Shown in pieces: positions 45,685 through 59,400 of a DNA stretch of 64,000 nt (position 1 is its first letter; each line of letters opens with the position of its first letter). Position numbers and translations under genes: made by a program. The notes below the pieces were generated by a model. It did not search any database, was not told where the DNA came from, and saw only the letters and a program-made list of their open reading frames with translations. The DNA comes from Azolla caroliniana (Eukaryota; Plantae; Polypodiophyta), in assembly GCA_043228905.1 (NCBI GenBank), contig JBHGNT010000005.1, forward strand, positions 3,348,001 to 3,412,000, written 5' to 3'.

Positions 45685-48600
45685 TTAGAACTTCAGGTTG
45701 TTCGTGAAACAGAGGTTGATCTCACTTCCGTATTCCAGCTTAGCTAATCTTTTGATTCGGCACAGGGTCTTGTTATGCTCTCAAATTCCTCCGCATCAAC
45801 AAGGTACAACTTGTCATTTTCTCGCACAACATCGAGAGATTCAATTTCAGCCAACCCATCATTTAAAATCTTTATTGGAGCATAGTGTAGTTCTTGTCCT
45901 GATAGCAAATGGAAACATTAGCGAAGAGATTAATTGATAGACATATTTCGACAAAGGTACTGAAATGCATATATACTACTTACGGGCAAACTGAAAGAAC
46001 TCCTCTAACGATCTAGGAAGATTGATAAGAATCCCGATTTGCCTCTTCGAATTACATCCTTTGGGATGATATTGATAAACAGAAACACGAACTGGATTTT
46101 CTTTCTTAGTGGGGCCATTTTTCTCTCTAGCATGGGAATACGAAGGAAGAATACTCATTATGGAATTCTCGTAGTAAGGTACCCTCCGAGGATTCCTCTG
46201 TACAGACCCTAATGATAAATTCTTGTTTTTTAATGATGGAATTCTTGTGACCTGTACATCATCTTGATCAACCTTATTTCTATTCTCTGAAGAGTTATAT
46301 TGGCTCTGGCAACAAAGGCTAATGAGGTCTTCTTGTTTTTGCTTCTCAGCTAGATCAATAGGTTTTGATCCCCGAGCATCAGCTTTATCAAGACTGGCTC
46401 CACATTCAATTAGAAACTTCGTGAATTCTAGATTGCTTGTTACAATTGCTGTGTGAAGTGCAGTGGAGCCATCCACATTCATTGCATCGATGTCGGCTCC
46501 ATATTTTAATAGGTCTTTTAAGATTTCAATGTTGTTAGTATCCACAGCTCTACAAAGAAATTCTCCTTCCATTCCCGGTGTCAAGCGGGCTCCATGTCTC
46601 CATAATAGTTCGGCCACACATTCATGGCGTGATAGTATAGCTTCATAAAGAGGAACAGTGCCTTCATCATCTGCAAAGAGGAAACAGAAATGTCTTAAGT
46701 CTATACTGACGGGTTCTTTGATTCAATGTTGATAACATATTTACGAGTTCCATACCTTGGATGTTAGGTTCAGCTCCATGGCTTAAAAGAGTTTCAACAC
46801 AATCTTCGAAACCATTGGATGCTGCAATATGCTTAATTTGACCAAGGCCCGCCCCCAGACAAAGAAAACATAAAGTTAAGAGTGCAGAGAGGAAATTTCA
46901 GACATTACTGCAAGCACTGGATTGGGTTTAGAGTTAACAGGGAATTTTCAAGAATATCCTTGACATTGGGCGGGATACATGAACACTAAACTACGCCCTT
47001 GGTCAGAAAGGGTAATGTTATAGTTCAGGCATGTTGCTAAATGCCACTATAAATGATTAATAGAATTAGCTTACAGACTAATGTGATGAATGACTTCATA
47101 TATTTATTAATTAACCCCAGTGCAATCATCGTTAATCTCTCTATAAACTATGACTAGTCATCTACAATGGCATTAAGCAAGAGCCACATTTACATTTTAT
47201 ATTTAAGAGAAATTTGCCAGTAATTTCAGCTACTAACCAACGGGGTGCGTCCACAATAATCTCTGGTGTTCAGATCCCTTCCTCTACTTAAAAACTTCAA
47301 TAGAAGTTTTTTATCTCCCCTCGATGTGACTAAGCATAAGCTTAATGACATGCCTGTCCCAACCTCTGTAAGTATTGACTCTTCTTTTGAGAGTCCCAAC
47401 AATGATGAGATTTCTGAATCTTGCAAAAACTGGTAAATGATGATGATGATGATGATAAACATTGAATAAGCGTTAATAAAATGCCAGAGAACTGACTAGA
47501 AGAATATAATAAGAATCTCCTGCTAAACAATGGGGAATTTTGAAACATATATGTATTGAAATAAACCTGGTAAAGGTTGTCAATCACAATCTGCCCATCC
47601 ACAGGATTGCCTTGTACAATGTTTAGAAATGTATTACGATCAACACGCAACAGTTGAGAAAGTTTGCTACTTCGCACTGTATAAGGTTGTGGCCTATAAC
47701 ATAAGGCTCCAATCTCTCCGATCACATCGCCAGCTTTTGCATTTCCAATCACCTAAAGCGAGAAGCAAAAAATCAGTAAGTGCGTAAAAAAGAAAAGAGC
47801 TAGTTTCCTTTAAACAAGATAATGTAAGAAGTGAACAAATGACACAGTTAAGACATCAACTGAACAACAAAGAAACACAATAAGGATGTACATATAAAAA
47901 GTCTTCCAAGTAATGCTACAAATAGTGGCACAAAAACATATATGACCATATAAAACGACAACAGTTCTCAAATAAGATCATGTGAATTCAAAAAATGAAA
48001 TGGGTAAGATATAAAACCAAACAAAAGATATTCAATAAGCTGCGATGAAAGCGATTGACATTTTTGAGTGATGGAAGTAATAAAGGTATATAATAACCTA
48101 CTGGATGCTAGGAGATGCTCTTACAGATCTCTATGTAAATGTCTTTACTGTCAAAAACTTGGGCCAGTGGTTGCGATCTTGCTCAACAGCTCATTCACCT
48201 GCAAATGAGAGTGTTTACATTCTTTTAATGTCCTTAAGTTGTGCTAGTCGTTATTTTGAACCTTTCTTTTCTGAGATGCTCACTCTCATCAAGCACTTAT
48301 TATTTTCCATTCTCCATTCTGAGTGTTTGCAACTCTTCGCCTCATTACCAACCAATCGCAAAACTGATAGCAAATTGACATTATTTTGTTGCTTTCCGTC
48401 AGATCCTAAACCATTTGAACTATACCACCATCAGAACATGGAGATCCAAACAATAGACTAGACTATATGCAGTGTGGTAGTGAGGGTGGTCTAATATGAT
48501 AGTGGTATAGCCTCTCAATTTAAAATTTCAACAATCATATTGACTACCTCCCAGATATCACATCCTCCAGCACTCCAAACCTATATAGTAACCTACTAGA

Positions 48601-51600
48601 TGAGCTAGATACTATCATATTTTATTGATTCTATAACTATACCATAAAAATAGTCTGCTTTGTTAGACTAGGATTCATGCATCAGTAAATTTTCCTATTT
48701 CATACTTCTCTTCCACAGTATGCTCTAGGATTTGTATCATTTGCTGACAGGGGCCCTGGTATAAAATGTCAGTATAACTTTCTTAATTTTCTGTGGGAAG
48801 GATCCTTCTAATACTTACATTCAAGAGTATTAGTAATGTCATTTATCTATTGACACAATCCATCCTCGTGATTATAGAGAAATCTGTTTCATCTCAAATG
48901 CATATACCATTGAGCATGTTTTAATAGCTCGCAAAACATATATTATAGCATGCATATCAAAGACAATAGGATTTTAGAAATGAACAGAAAACGCAAAAAT
49001 ATCCCTAACATTTTAGTATTCACCAGAGTACCCCTTACTGTTCAATAATGTCCAGACTACTCCTCTGTAGTATAAGATTTCCTAGTGCAGCAAGGTATTC
49101 TGATGATTATTGAAAATTTAAGGGTTCTCTAGTAAATACCCAAGAACTTGGGTATTTTGGTTTCATGTGCTTTTTAAAAATTGTATGGAGTAACTTGCCC
49201 GTTCATTGCTACCCTCTTTTGCGCGTAGTTCCTATATAAACAAGAAACCAACATGATGGAATTTTGATATTACCTCAAAGAAACTAGTTTGTTCACAGTT
49301 TATCTCATAACAAGACTTACTACTGATCCGGATGCTAATACATAAAACACAGTGGGTGCCTCATTGCAAAGAATGATATCCTCTCTCGGTGGGAAATACT
49401 CAGCTTTCATTTCTGCCACCTTTAGCAGGAGATGGATTTGCAATCAGAGAAGTCACACAAAAATTATAAAACAGAGATTAACCTGAAAGATACATACCAG
49501 TTGCAGCAAGAAGTCATAGGAAGTTCCCTGGAACAAGTATACCTTCTCTACAGTTTTTAAGAAGAGATGCTGAGCAACACTACAACGAATGGCCTTTGGT
49601 AAGATCGACATGATTTCCTCTTGCTGAAGATTTTCAGTTCTAAACTTCAGCCTCATATGGTTCATCATCTGACCTCTCAAACTTGCTGTGAGATGGTTAC
49701 GTGATGCAAAACTTGAAACAGCCTGAATTGAATCTCTCTAAAAATAGATCATTAAAAATAAATTAGAATCTAAACAAGAATACAAGTTTCATGTATTATA
49801 AACAGTATTTAGAATCAAAAAATTATCTGACATACAAAGTTTCTTGTGCGTGCTGTCACATGCACAACCAGATTGGTCATGTTCCCAATAAGATAGGCCG
49901 TTAAACTAAGATTGAAAATCATGTAGAAAGAAACAAATATCATTTCATTGATATTCTCAGCATGCAGATCACCATAGCCAACTGTTGTCAGTGTTGTGAT
50001 TGACCAGTACATAGAATAAACATATCTAATGGAAACTCTTTCATTTTTAAAATTCGGCAAGACTGCCCCAATCCATGTCAGGGTATCAGAATTGTGCCTT
50101 TCTGCAAGCACATAATAGAAGCATGCAGCACAGTGCACGGCCAACAGTGTAACCTGAAAAAACCAAGATGTCAGCTTAACGGTGACGTGAAATCACTTGA
50201 TTTTGTGAGAAAGTTCGTTCTTCTCTAACTAATTTGAGGTAGTGGAACTACACCCTATGATCGATAGACGGAAACATGAAGAATAAAACCACAATACAAT
50301 CAGTGTGGCATTGTGACTCGTGAGTCAGTCTATTGTTTTGGAAGCCTCAGTTTGAAAAGTGCTGTGTGAAAACACCTGAACTTTTTGAAGAGTTTTTTAA
50401 TAGAAAAAGAAATTGAGTGCGTCTCTCTCTTTCTTGATGTCTATGAGAGCACATCTACTGTTTCCCTACAAATCTTCTTACACGGGTTATGTACCCTTAA
50501 AACCCCTAGTTTCTTTTGAATTCATGATATGCTAATGTATAAAAATGAGTGAAGGAGAAAAAAATATTATATCTATGATCTTTTCCAGTACGTCAAAATA
50601 TTTCAAGCCTGATAAAACCTTTTAATCACTTACAGAAAGTAGTTTCAAGCATCTGATCCAAAAATAATTGACATGAATATCTTTTTCAAGCCTGTGATAA
50701 AAACAACAGAACTTAACACTATATTGTAATTTCCATATAATAAAGCTCAATTGTAGACGTGATCTTCATTAGCTTTTAAAATTGCTCCCAGATTAGATCA
50801 AACTTGTTTTGCCCCGTTTAACAATCAAACAAACTTGTAAATGCTGATGTTATGATGGGTTATTGCATCAGATTATATAAAAACATGACTCTCCCTCTTA
50901 TTTAACTACAGAATCTTTGCATTTAAGGAACGATTTACAAACTATCTGCACACTCCTAAAAGTCTTCTTGTCATAATGTCTATAGCTCATGTTCTCCATC
51001 CATCTTTTCTCCAAACCTCTTATTCAAACTCTTCATTACCTCAATACAACTGTCCTTTTCTTTGTCTTTTTCCTCATCTTCAAACCAATTAATTGCGAAT
51101 TCAACATGTTTCTACACATATCTCCCTCTAACCATATGTCTCTACCTTCACAATCAAATAAGTTATGCTCTCTCCACCCGAATCTCCATAGTGTGGTTCA
51201 AGAAGCATCATGTTCACATTCTTGAGCTTAAAAGATTAATGAAAACTATGCCTTGCTTCTTAAATACTTCTGATTTTATCTAGAAAATAAATACATAGTT
51301 CAACAAACCAAGAGTCTTTACCTAGAAAACAAACTATTGACTCGTCGAAGCCTCCAAAGGCGCATCATGTTTAGCAGATTGTATGTAAGTCCTCTTCCAA
51401 GTTTGCCAGTGAAAAGGAGTGCAAACGCTTGAAATGGAATCGATGAACATACATCGAGTACGAACCATGTCGATATGTATCTAGTTTTAAACCCAAATAT
51501 CATGTTTCATAACATTCAATTTGTACCATAATCTTCTAGACTAACATAGATATTATGTGTAAAAGCACAATCTATGATGTGCACACTACCCTTGTTATTA

Positions 51601-53545
51601 TAATATTTGAAACATCAAAAAATTAATTAACGGCTCTGCTTTGGGGGATTTATCATATTTATAATCTTGCTTATAATACATTCATCATTCTGGGATTGAT
51701 AGAGGTCTCATTTCCATTATCTAAAGGACAAATCAAGCTGTACAATGATTGTGAATAGAAAACAGTAAATAATCAGAACAACCAATACTAAAGAGACCCT
51801 GGCCACCAATACTAATAGTAAGCAACAATCTCCTTGGCATGGGTGAAGAATATCAGAGTTTAACATACATAATTCATTAAGATGAACCCCCGCAATATTT
51901 GGTGAAAGATGCTATGTCATGAAACAAAATTGGTAACAAGCATGATGTCGCCGATTTTAAAAATAAATGAGCATCCATAGTAGGATCTACACTAATTCGC
52001 ATATAGCTCCAATATTGATTCTGGACTATGTCTTGTATGGAAACATGGTGGGATCACAATGTGTCACTACTAAATTTCCAACGGGAACTGCTGACCCAAA
52101 AGGTTGCAGTAAATCAACGATTCTACATCAAGCTTGTTTACACATAGTAGAGCCAAAATATGATTCTATGCATAAACATACAGAGCATTATCAACAAACT
52201 TATATCAGGAAAGATAGTCAATAAGTCTGTACAGTATATGTAATATACAATTGCATATAAAGCTCATGTAAACAATATAATAACTCGTGTTTGGCAGATT
52301 GTATGTAAGTCGAATCTGGGCATAGATAGTGAAATGAAAATTAAAATAATCAAATATTTTAAAAAACATGTACAGTAAGAACAAATGGCTTCTAGATAGT
52401 GAAGAACGTTAATGGGTCTTCCAAGATAATAACTTGTTCAACAGTCCACAATCATATTATACCAAGGAAAATTCTTAAATTGGCAATCCACAAAATCTAT
52501 TCGCTCATAAATTGTGCCTCAAAGAAATTAATGTGGAGAATAAGAAAAAGAACAACTAATTACAATTATAGATCAATGCATAATGCAGTATATAGAAACA
52601 TAGATTTCACACAAAATTCTGACAAAACACGAAGAAGGATAGAACAGAGGATACCTTGCCGCAATCTTTGGCATTTGATAAACAAGAACATATGTTCTTC
52701 TATCCAAATAAGCCACAAAGAAAGTTAAGACTATGTCCAACAGGAAGAACACGTCAACACAGAAATCAGCTGTCTGGAAGTGTTTCGGAAGGTCGGGTGC
52801 GTACGCAAACTCAAATGGAGAAATCCAAGCTGAGTATATAACTAGAATAATGAGAAATCTTTGCCACCATCTGCCAACAAAACATTAAAATGTGAACATC
52901 GAAATACATAATCCTTTAGCAAGATATGTGTCCACAATTTGCTTTTAGAATTAGACCATTGGCAAACCATGTGTCCACTATTTGGGTTTGAGTTAGATCA
53001 TTACCAAGTTATGTGTCCACAATTATCTTTGAATTAGAGCATCATATGTAAACCCTCTATGTCATGCGCACATTCAAATGTGCCATTAATTTCCCCTTAT
53101 TTGGAGAAATTCGACAAGAATTAAATGCATCTCTTTCTACAAATTGAATCCATCAGTATACATCCCATATTATAAAAATAGCCCCTTATATGGTACCCTT
53201 CTGGACGCAAAAAACTAAAGTAGAAAGTGACTTTTTTTAAACAAAGTATTTTCCATTCCAAACTCACGTAAAATACTTACTGTCATATTTCATGATGACC
53301 TGGGCCCACCCAGATCATTAGCTACAAAAATATCGGTACCAGCTGTATTAGTTTTACCTGTATCGGATATCATATGGAGAGATTATGTGTCTGGGCAGCT
53401 GAAGGTAATTGCTGCTTCGAGCACCAAGAGAAGGAAGGAGGCCACTGGAGAAGCTGTGGTAACTTGCATCCATGGAAGGTGTAACACCAGTTGCATTTCG
53501 ATCTCTCTTTAGCATTTTCCACAGTGAGTTCAGAACCATCTTCAT
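45685..53545 (-). CDS. AKT1: Shaker-type K+ channel, AKT1-like. Predicted exons 53545-53358, 52870-52655, 51480-51322, 50691-50634, 50153-49836, 49737-49498, 49419-49321, 49231-49199, 47752-47567, 47429-47238, 46831-46756, 46670-45984, 45898-45685
   Basis: N-terminal [10 protein letters not shown] and ISPYD. S4 [12 protein letters not shown]. Pore [13 protein letters not shown]. Cyclic-nucleotide-binding homology ([23 protein letters not shown]). Ankyrin repeats and a KHA C-terminus. All junctions are phase-compatible. The symbol marks the family, not proven orthology. Confidence 0.93.
48460..48656. mobile_element. Possible degenerate MITE / fold-back in K+ channel intron 8
   Basis: Outer inverted pair AGACTAT/ATAGTCT. 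Inner perfect 11-bp pair AATATGATAGT 48493 / ACTATCATATT 48611. No clear TSD. Confidence 0.45.
48996..49158. mobile_element. Possible degenerate MITE / fold-back near the GC donor in intron 8
   Basis: About 40-bp imperfect inverted arms at 48996-49037 and 49119-49158. The right arm is itself a hairpin, AAATACCCAAG-AA-CTTGGGTATTT. Confidence 0.5.
52927..53050. repeat. 42-bp tandem repeat (3 copies) in K+ channel intron 1
   Basis: ATGTGTCCAC at 52927, 52969 and 53011. Confidence 0.85.
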
Positions 53546-53597
53546 GACTACAGGCCATTGATGGCGTTCGTGATATTAGCAAGGTAATAAACCTCAT

Positions 53598-53960
53598 CAT
53601 CATTATATGTAAACCCTCTATACGTAAAAAGATAAAAAGAAAAAACATTCTACTTGATGACATTAAAAAGAACACGACAACTTTGTGTACAGAAAACATT
53701 TTCCATAAATCACGATGACTTTAACCCACCCAGATGATAGGCTACAAAAGTATTGGTACCAAATGTAATTTTGTTTTACCTGTATGGAGGATCATATTCA
53801 GAGATTGACGTGATTGAGCAGCTGAAGATGAGTGAATGGTGCTTCAAGCACGGAGAGAGGGGTGAGAAGAAGCTATGGAAAGCTTCCAAAAATGTCTTGA
53901 ACCAACCAACCAACCTGCTCAGGGTTTCGATGAGTCAGTCCTTCTCATAACTTCAGTTAC
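53598..53960 (-). pseudogene. Degenerate upstream duplicate of K+ channel exon 1 and the start of intron 1
   Basis: Encodes FHSF...ISEYDPPYR|GTAAAAC versus YHSF...ISPYDIRYR|GTAAAAC. The flank CCCACCCAGAT...GCTACAAAA...GGTACCA is also duplicated. No in-frame ATG after an upstream TGA. Confidence 0.8.
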
Positions 53961-55029
53961 GGGGAGACATACAGACACAGGAACTACCAGTCTACCATTG
54001 TGACTTTATGTCTTCATTCATTGCCTTTCTATATTCGCTGACATTAGAAAAACATAAACACGAATCTCAGGTCTACGCCTCGTTTATGCTTGTTAAGAGA
54101 TTTTGATTAGACATCAATGGAATCTCATAAAATAAGATCAAATCTTTTAACTCTTCTCAATCAGTGCAAGTTTACTGATCAATCAATACAGACTGACTTC
54201 CCTCCTCATTGGCCTTGCCAATAATTTGAGGAGACAATTTCTCTTAGATCATGAAAATGAGATATATTTGACACAATTTGGAGACTTTTTTTTAGTCTTC
54301 AAGAAACTTTGCAAAATTTGACTTTTGAGGTTTTAAAAATTGGACTGCAAGATTAAATCTCCACATATTTATGTCTCCTTGATGGCATACACAACCTATC
54401 ACAATTGCAGATTTTCATGACCGACTTGTAACGATCAACCATTAAAAAGGGAAAGTCCATATGAAGTTCGATAAGGTCACACATAAGTCATCAATTTTGA
54501 ATGAAGCAAACTACATTTTCTGAAGTTCTCAAACATTGTATAGAAATTGAGACATTATGAGAAACAAATGGCTTTTTTGCCAAAAAAGTAGCTACTTGAA
54601 ATTTTTACAGAAAGACTATACAAGCTGGCTTATATATAAATCGGGAATCACCCCCCGAAAAAAAAGGCTTACTAATAATCATGTGTGCTTCCATGTGCAA
54701 ACATAATAGCATTTTATTTGAACATGTATAACCAAAGATCAATGATTTAATGATCATCTATGTATAATTACAAATGCATAATTTTGTCAAACATTATCAA
54801 GATGGTTTGGTGACATGTGAAGTTTGAGTTGTGCTTATCCTTTCCTAGATGTTTTTCCCCTTTTTTTGGTCCAAAAAAGATACTACATTACTATTATGAA
54901 ACGCCCTAAGGCTATTCGTGCCTTTTAGTAATGAGCCCCTTTCATGCCATCTAGGAGTCCAAAGGAATATTTATTGGACGGATTTCCTCTCCTAAATGAA
55001 TTGATTAAATTCTGAGTGACTCATCCATT

Positions 55030-55237
55030 AATATGATTGATTTTAAATCATAATCCGACAAAAGAAATCAATTATTGTAGGACAATAATCGTAGGTTAAA
55101 TTTAAATATGCATCTTCGAAAATAAAATCAATCCCGTAATATGATTGATTTTAAATCATAATCAGTCAAAAGAAATCAATTATTGTAAGACAAAAATAGT
55201 AGATTAAAAATAATTATGCATCTTCGGAAATAAAAAT
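55030..55237. repeat. 108-bp tandem duplication
   Basis: AATATGATTGATTTTAAATCATAATC at 55030 and 55138. Confidence 0.85.
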
Positions 55238-55666
55238 TTGTAAAGGTTATCTTCAATAAAGATATTAAGAAATTAAAAAAACCATTCTTCATATGGTTGA
55301 CATAAAACAATCTTTTTTAAGTCGATACATTGTATAATATCTCCAATTAAAATATTTGAGATGGCAGGCTGCAACTTTGTGAAAGCATATGTCATATGGT
55401 TTCATTGTACACATGGTCAAGTTTGCCTCAAGGAAGAGACAAACATGCTAGTTATTTTCAAGCTCGAGTCAATGACATGTTTCCTAACGGACGATGTCAT
55501 TGTCAACCTCTTTGATGTTGACATTGTACGTGTATTTGTATCTTTCAAATGACAAAGTCTTTTATACGTCATTTTAATATTCCCTTTGCTTATCTTTGAA
55601 GATGGCATATTATTTTTGTGCTACCTAGTTGTGTTTTGTATTTGTTAGAAAGGTCATCTATTCCAC

Positions 55667-55808
55667 TCAATTAGATGTGATGATAATCCATCAATATTAA
55701 CTTAGCACATTGCTAGGTAGTTGGCTTGATTAATTTAGTACATTGCTAAGTTAATCAATTAGATGTGATGATAGTCAATCAATATTAACTTAGCGCATTG
55801 CTAGGTAT
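55667..55808. repeat. Short direct duplication with an 88-bp period
   Basis: TCAATTAGATGTGATGATA...TCAATATTAACTTAGC.CATTGCTAGGTA at 55667 and 55755, with a partial third copy near 55967. Confidence 0.8.
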
Positions 55809-55987
55809 TTGCAACATGTGAAACTATGTGTTGTCTTGAGCTAGTGTATCATAGTGAGTGCAAGTTTTTGTTTCAGTTAGAGTTCTCTCTTGTTGTCGTA
55901 TGTCATGCCAGATTATCGTACACCCTTTGATAATTGGTGAAAGGGGCATGAGTGATCATCATGGATTCAATATTAACTTAGCGGGTT

Positions 55988-56412
55988 TGTAAACGATTAC
56001 TTGCAGAAGCGTTAGAAGCGTTAGAAAATAAAGAAGGTGGGGAATACACAGAGTACACGGGAGTGACAGAGAGAGCAGAACTTCAAGGCTATATTCAAAA
56101 ACGATAAAAAAACACTCTGTACATACAACTATGCTCAATAGCATTATTTATACAAGTCCTCGTGGGACTGACAAAAATACCGTGTACTTCAATGCTCACA
56201 CGAACATCTGACACTTACTACGAGACTATAATTGCCTAGTAGTCTAAACTAATACTAGGCTTCTGGTTACCGATTGGATCCGGCTAACCGGCTCCCCAGC
56301 TCACCGGCTCTGTTGCTTGCCGGCTCGGTTGCTCACGACTTACCGATCCGTCTCGCTTTCCGGCTCAGGCTTATTCAGCCGATCCGGCTCCAGTTGAGCT
56401 TGCCGCTCAACA
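55988..56412 (-). repeat. 3' LTR of Copia element 1 (about 425 bp)
   Basis: Follows the minus-strand PPT CTTGAGGGGGAG and starts TGTTGAG. The left boundary at 55988 is inferred because the partner LTR is outside the window. Confidence 0.72.
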
Positions 56413-59400
56413 CTCCCCCTCAAGCTCAACTTGAGGTTGGATCCTAGTGTCAGTCTCTGTGGCAGTCGGTTCTTCCAACCGACTTCTCCTGGTGTCGCTC
56501 CGCCTTGCTCGCGCTCCTCGTCCGGTCTAGTTCTGTTTGCCGCGACCCCTCTTGTTTTGCGCGCCTCGACCTTCTCGATCGGTATGTCTGCTCAATAGGC
56601 CCCTCTCAACTCCTTCGCTGCTATGACTCCGACGCTTATCGATCCATCGGTTCCTCCGCGATGGCATCGACTTCCGCTGCATCCGTGTCTGCTTTGCCTT
56701 GATTGATCCGGTTCTTCCGAATCTGTCTTTTGAACCGAATCGACTGTCTCCGATTCGTTCCAGCTCTTGTCCGAATCGGTTACTCCTGATTCGTCTTCTG
56801 GTTCCAAGCCCTTCACCACATCGGACCATGTCCGGGTCTTGGCCTTCTTCCTTCGGTCGGCTTTGTCCTTCTTGACTCTGCTGCCTTCTGTTCTTCCCTC
56901 ACCGGCCCAATCGGTAGTCTCTTTGCCTTTGCCCGTTCCGGTGTCTCTACCCGTTCTCCCCCTCAAGTGTGGCACGTCGAGATGTTGAACACCAAGCATG
57001 TCGGTAAAGTGTTGCAACTTGTCCGATCCGAGCGACTTGGTGAAGATATCGGCAACTTGTCGATCCGTGTGAACATATCGTAGTTCAACTTCACCGCTCA
57101 GGACCCGCTCACGCACAAAGTGATAGTGCACTTCTATGTGCTTCGTGTGAGCATGGAACACAGGGTTCTTGGCGAGCTACATGCTGCTGATGTTATCACA
57201 ATAAATCGGGATCGGGGTTGGTACCTCGATCCGCAAGTCTCACAGCAGTCGCCGAAGCCAAATGGCTTCGCAAGTGGCAAAGGTCGCGCCCCGATACTCA
57301 GCCTCAATGCTTAATAGAGCCACTGTTGGCTGCTTTTTGCTACTCCATGCAACAGTTGTGCTCCCAAGGGAAAACATAAAACCGGAGGTTGATCGGCGAT
57401 CTGATGCATCTCCGGCCCAATCGGCATCTGTGTAACCGACCAGCTCTTCAGGTATACCGTGCCGGTATAACAGGCCCCGGTCCTTCGTGCCGCTTACATA
57501 TCGCAGTATCCGCTACGCACATTGAAGGTGCTCCACGGTCGGCTTCTGCATGAATTGACTTATCATTCCGACCGGATAGTTGATGTCGGGTCGCGTGATA
57601 ATCAAGTAAATAAGGCTTCCGACGATTTGTCGGAACCGTTTCTCATTGCAGGCCGGTCCGGAGTTGGGACGAAGCTTCTGGTTCCGGTTCATTCTGTCAT
57701 GCCGAACTTGTACAACATATTCAAGACGTAATGTCGTTGTGAGAATAATATGCTATCGGGGGTTCGAATCACCTCAATCCCTAGAAAATAATGAAGGTCC
57801 CCCAGGTCCCTCAAATGCGTCCGACAACTGGGACTTGACGCGGTTGATTTCTGGAACTCCTGGTCCGGTGATGACTAGATCATCAACATACAACAGTATA
57901 CATACCGGACCGGCTGAGCCTTGCCGGATGAACAACAAAGAGTCCGATTTGGAGGCCACAAACCCCATCTTACGCAACCAGTGCGTGATCTTCGCATTCC
58001 AAGCTCGAGGGGCTTGCTTCAAGCCGTACAACGACTTCTTCAGCCGGCATATCGCCGACTTGTTCATCTCCGATTCAAAGCCGAGAGGCTGAGTCATAAA
58101 GACTTCTTCTTCAAGATCACCTTGAAGAAATGCATTCTTCACATCCATTTGGTGAAGATGCCACCCCCTTGCCGCAGCAACCGCTAGCACCACTCGAACC
58201 GTCGTCATCTTCGCTACAAGAGCGAAGGTCTCGTCGTAGTCGATTTCGTGGGTCTACGCATATCCCTTCGCCACTAACCGGGCCTTGTACCGGTTAACTG
58301 AACCGTCGACGTTGTACTTTACTTTGTACACCCACTTGCATCCGATTGGTTTACAGTGACGAGGAGGGTCAACCAGGTCCCATGTCTCGTTGGTAGCTAG
58401 TGCCCGCATTTCTTCGTCCATAGCGGCACACCAATTTGCGTCCTTTGCCGCTTCTGCGTAGCTACCTGGCTCATGCACTTCCGCCACCTTAGTCATGTAC
58501 GCGTAGTGATGCGCCATGTATTGATTGTACCCGTACCGTTGGACGGGATCCTTCTGGCGGATAGATCGGCGTAACTCACCGTTACCCGATTTGAGGCCCT
58601 TCTTGGCCGAATTGATCTTCGTTGCCGAAGATCCGCCATTCTGCTTGCCGAAGTCGGACGCACATCGATCTGACTCATCGTTGCCGGTTTCGAATTCCGA
58701 CATCTTCTTCTTCCCCTTCTCTTTGTGCGTGAACCGTCTCCTCAGTTCCTTGCGCGGGGAGTACACGGTAGAGTCTCCACTACTCGTCGGTTCCTCATCG
58801 GACTGGTCAGATTGACTGAGTCTCTCGTTCGGCCCATTCAACCGAAACAATTCTGGACTCTGATCCTGAGTCCACGCTTCATCATCATCTACCTAGGCCG
58901 GTTAAGGCGCACTAGCCTTATCCTCCGGCATCGGGTCGGATTCGGAAGTCGTAGCCGGTAAGGAGTATCACGATGCCGATTCATCGAACTCGACATTTCG
59001 ACTAACTCGAACCTCCTTTGTCCGGGGGTTATAACACTTATAACCCTTTTGCTCTTGAGCATAGCCAACTAGGATGCATTTTTCCGATTTTGCATCCAGC
59101 TTCCTCCGCTTCTCATTCGGTATATGCACATATGCAATGCTACTGAAGATCTTAAGGTGTCTGAAATTCGACTTCCGCCCGAAATATAGCTCGTGAGCGG
59201 ACACCTTGTCACCGATCCAGTTTTGGATGTAGACAACCGTTTGGACTGCCTCCGCCCAGTAGAATTTGGGCATGCTCTTCTCCTCCAACATTGCCCTTGC
59301 CGCATCAATAAGCGATCGGTTCTTCCTCTCGGCAACACCGTTCTGTTGCGGTGTGTATCTGCAACTGAACTCTCGCCGAATTCCCGTTTGTTGCAGATAA

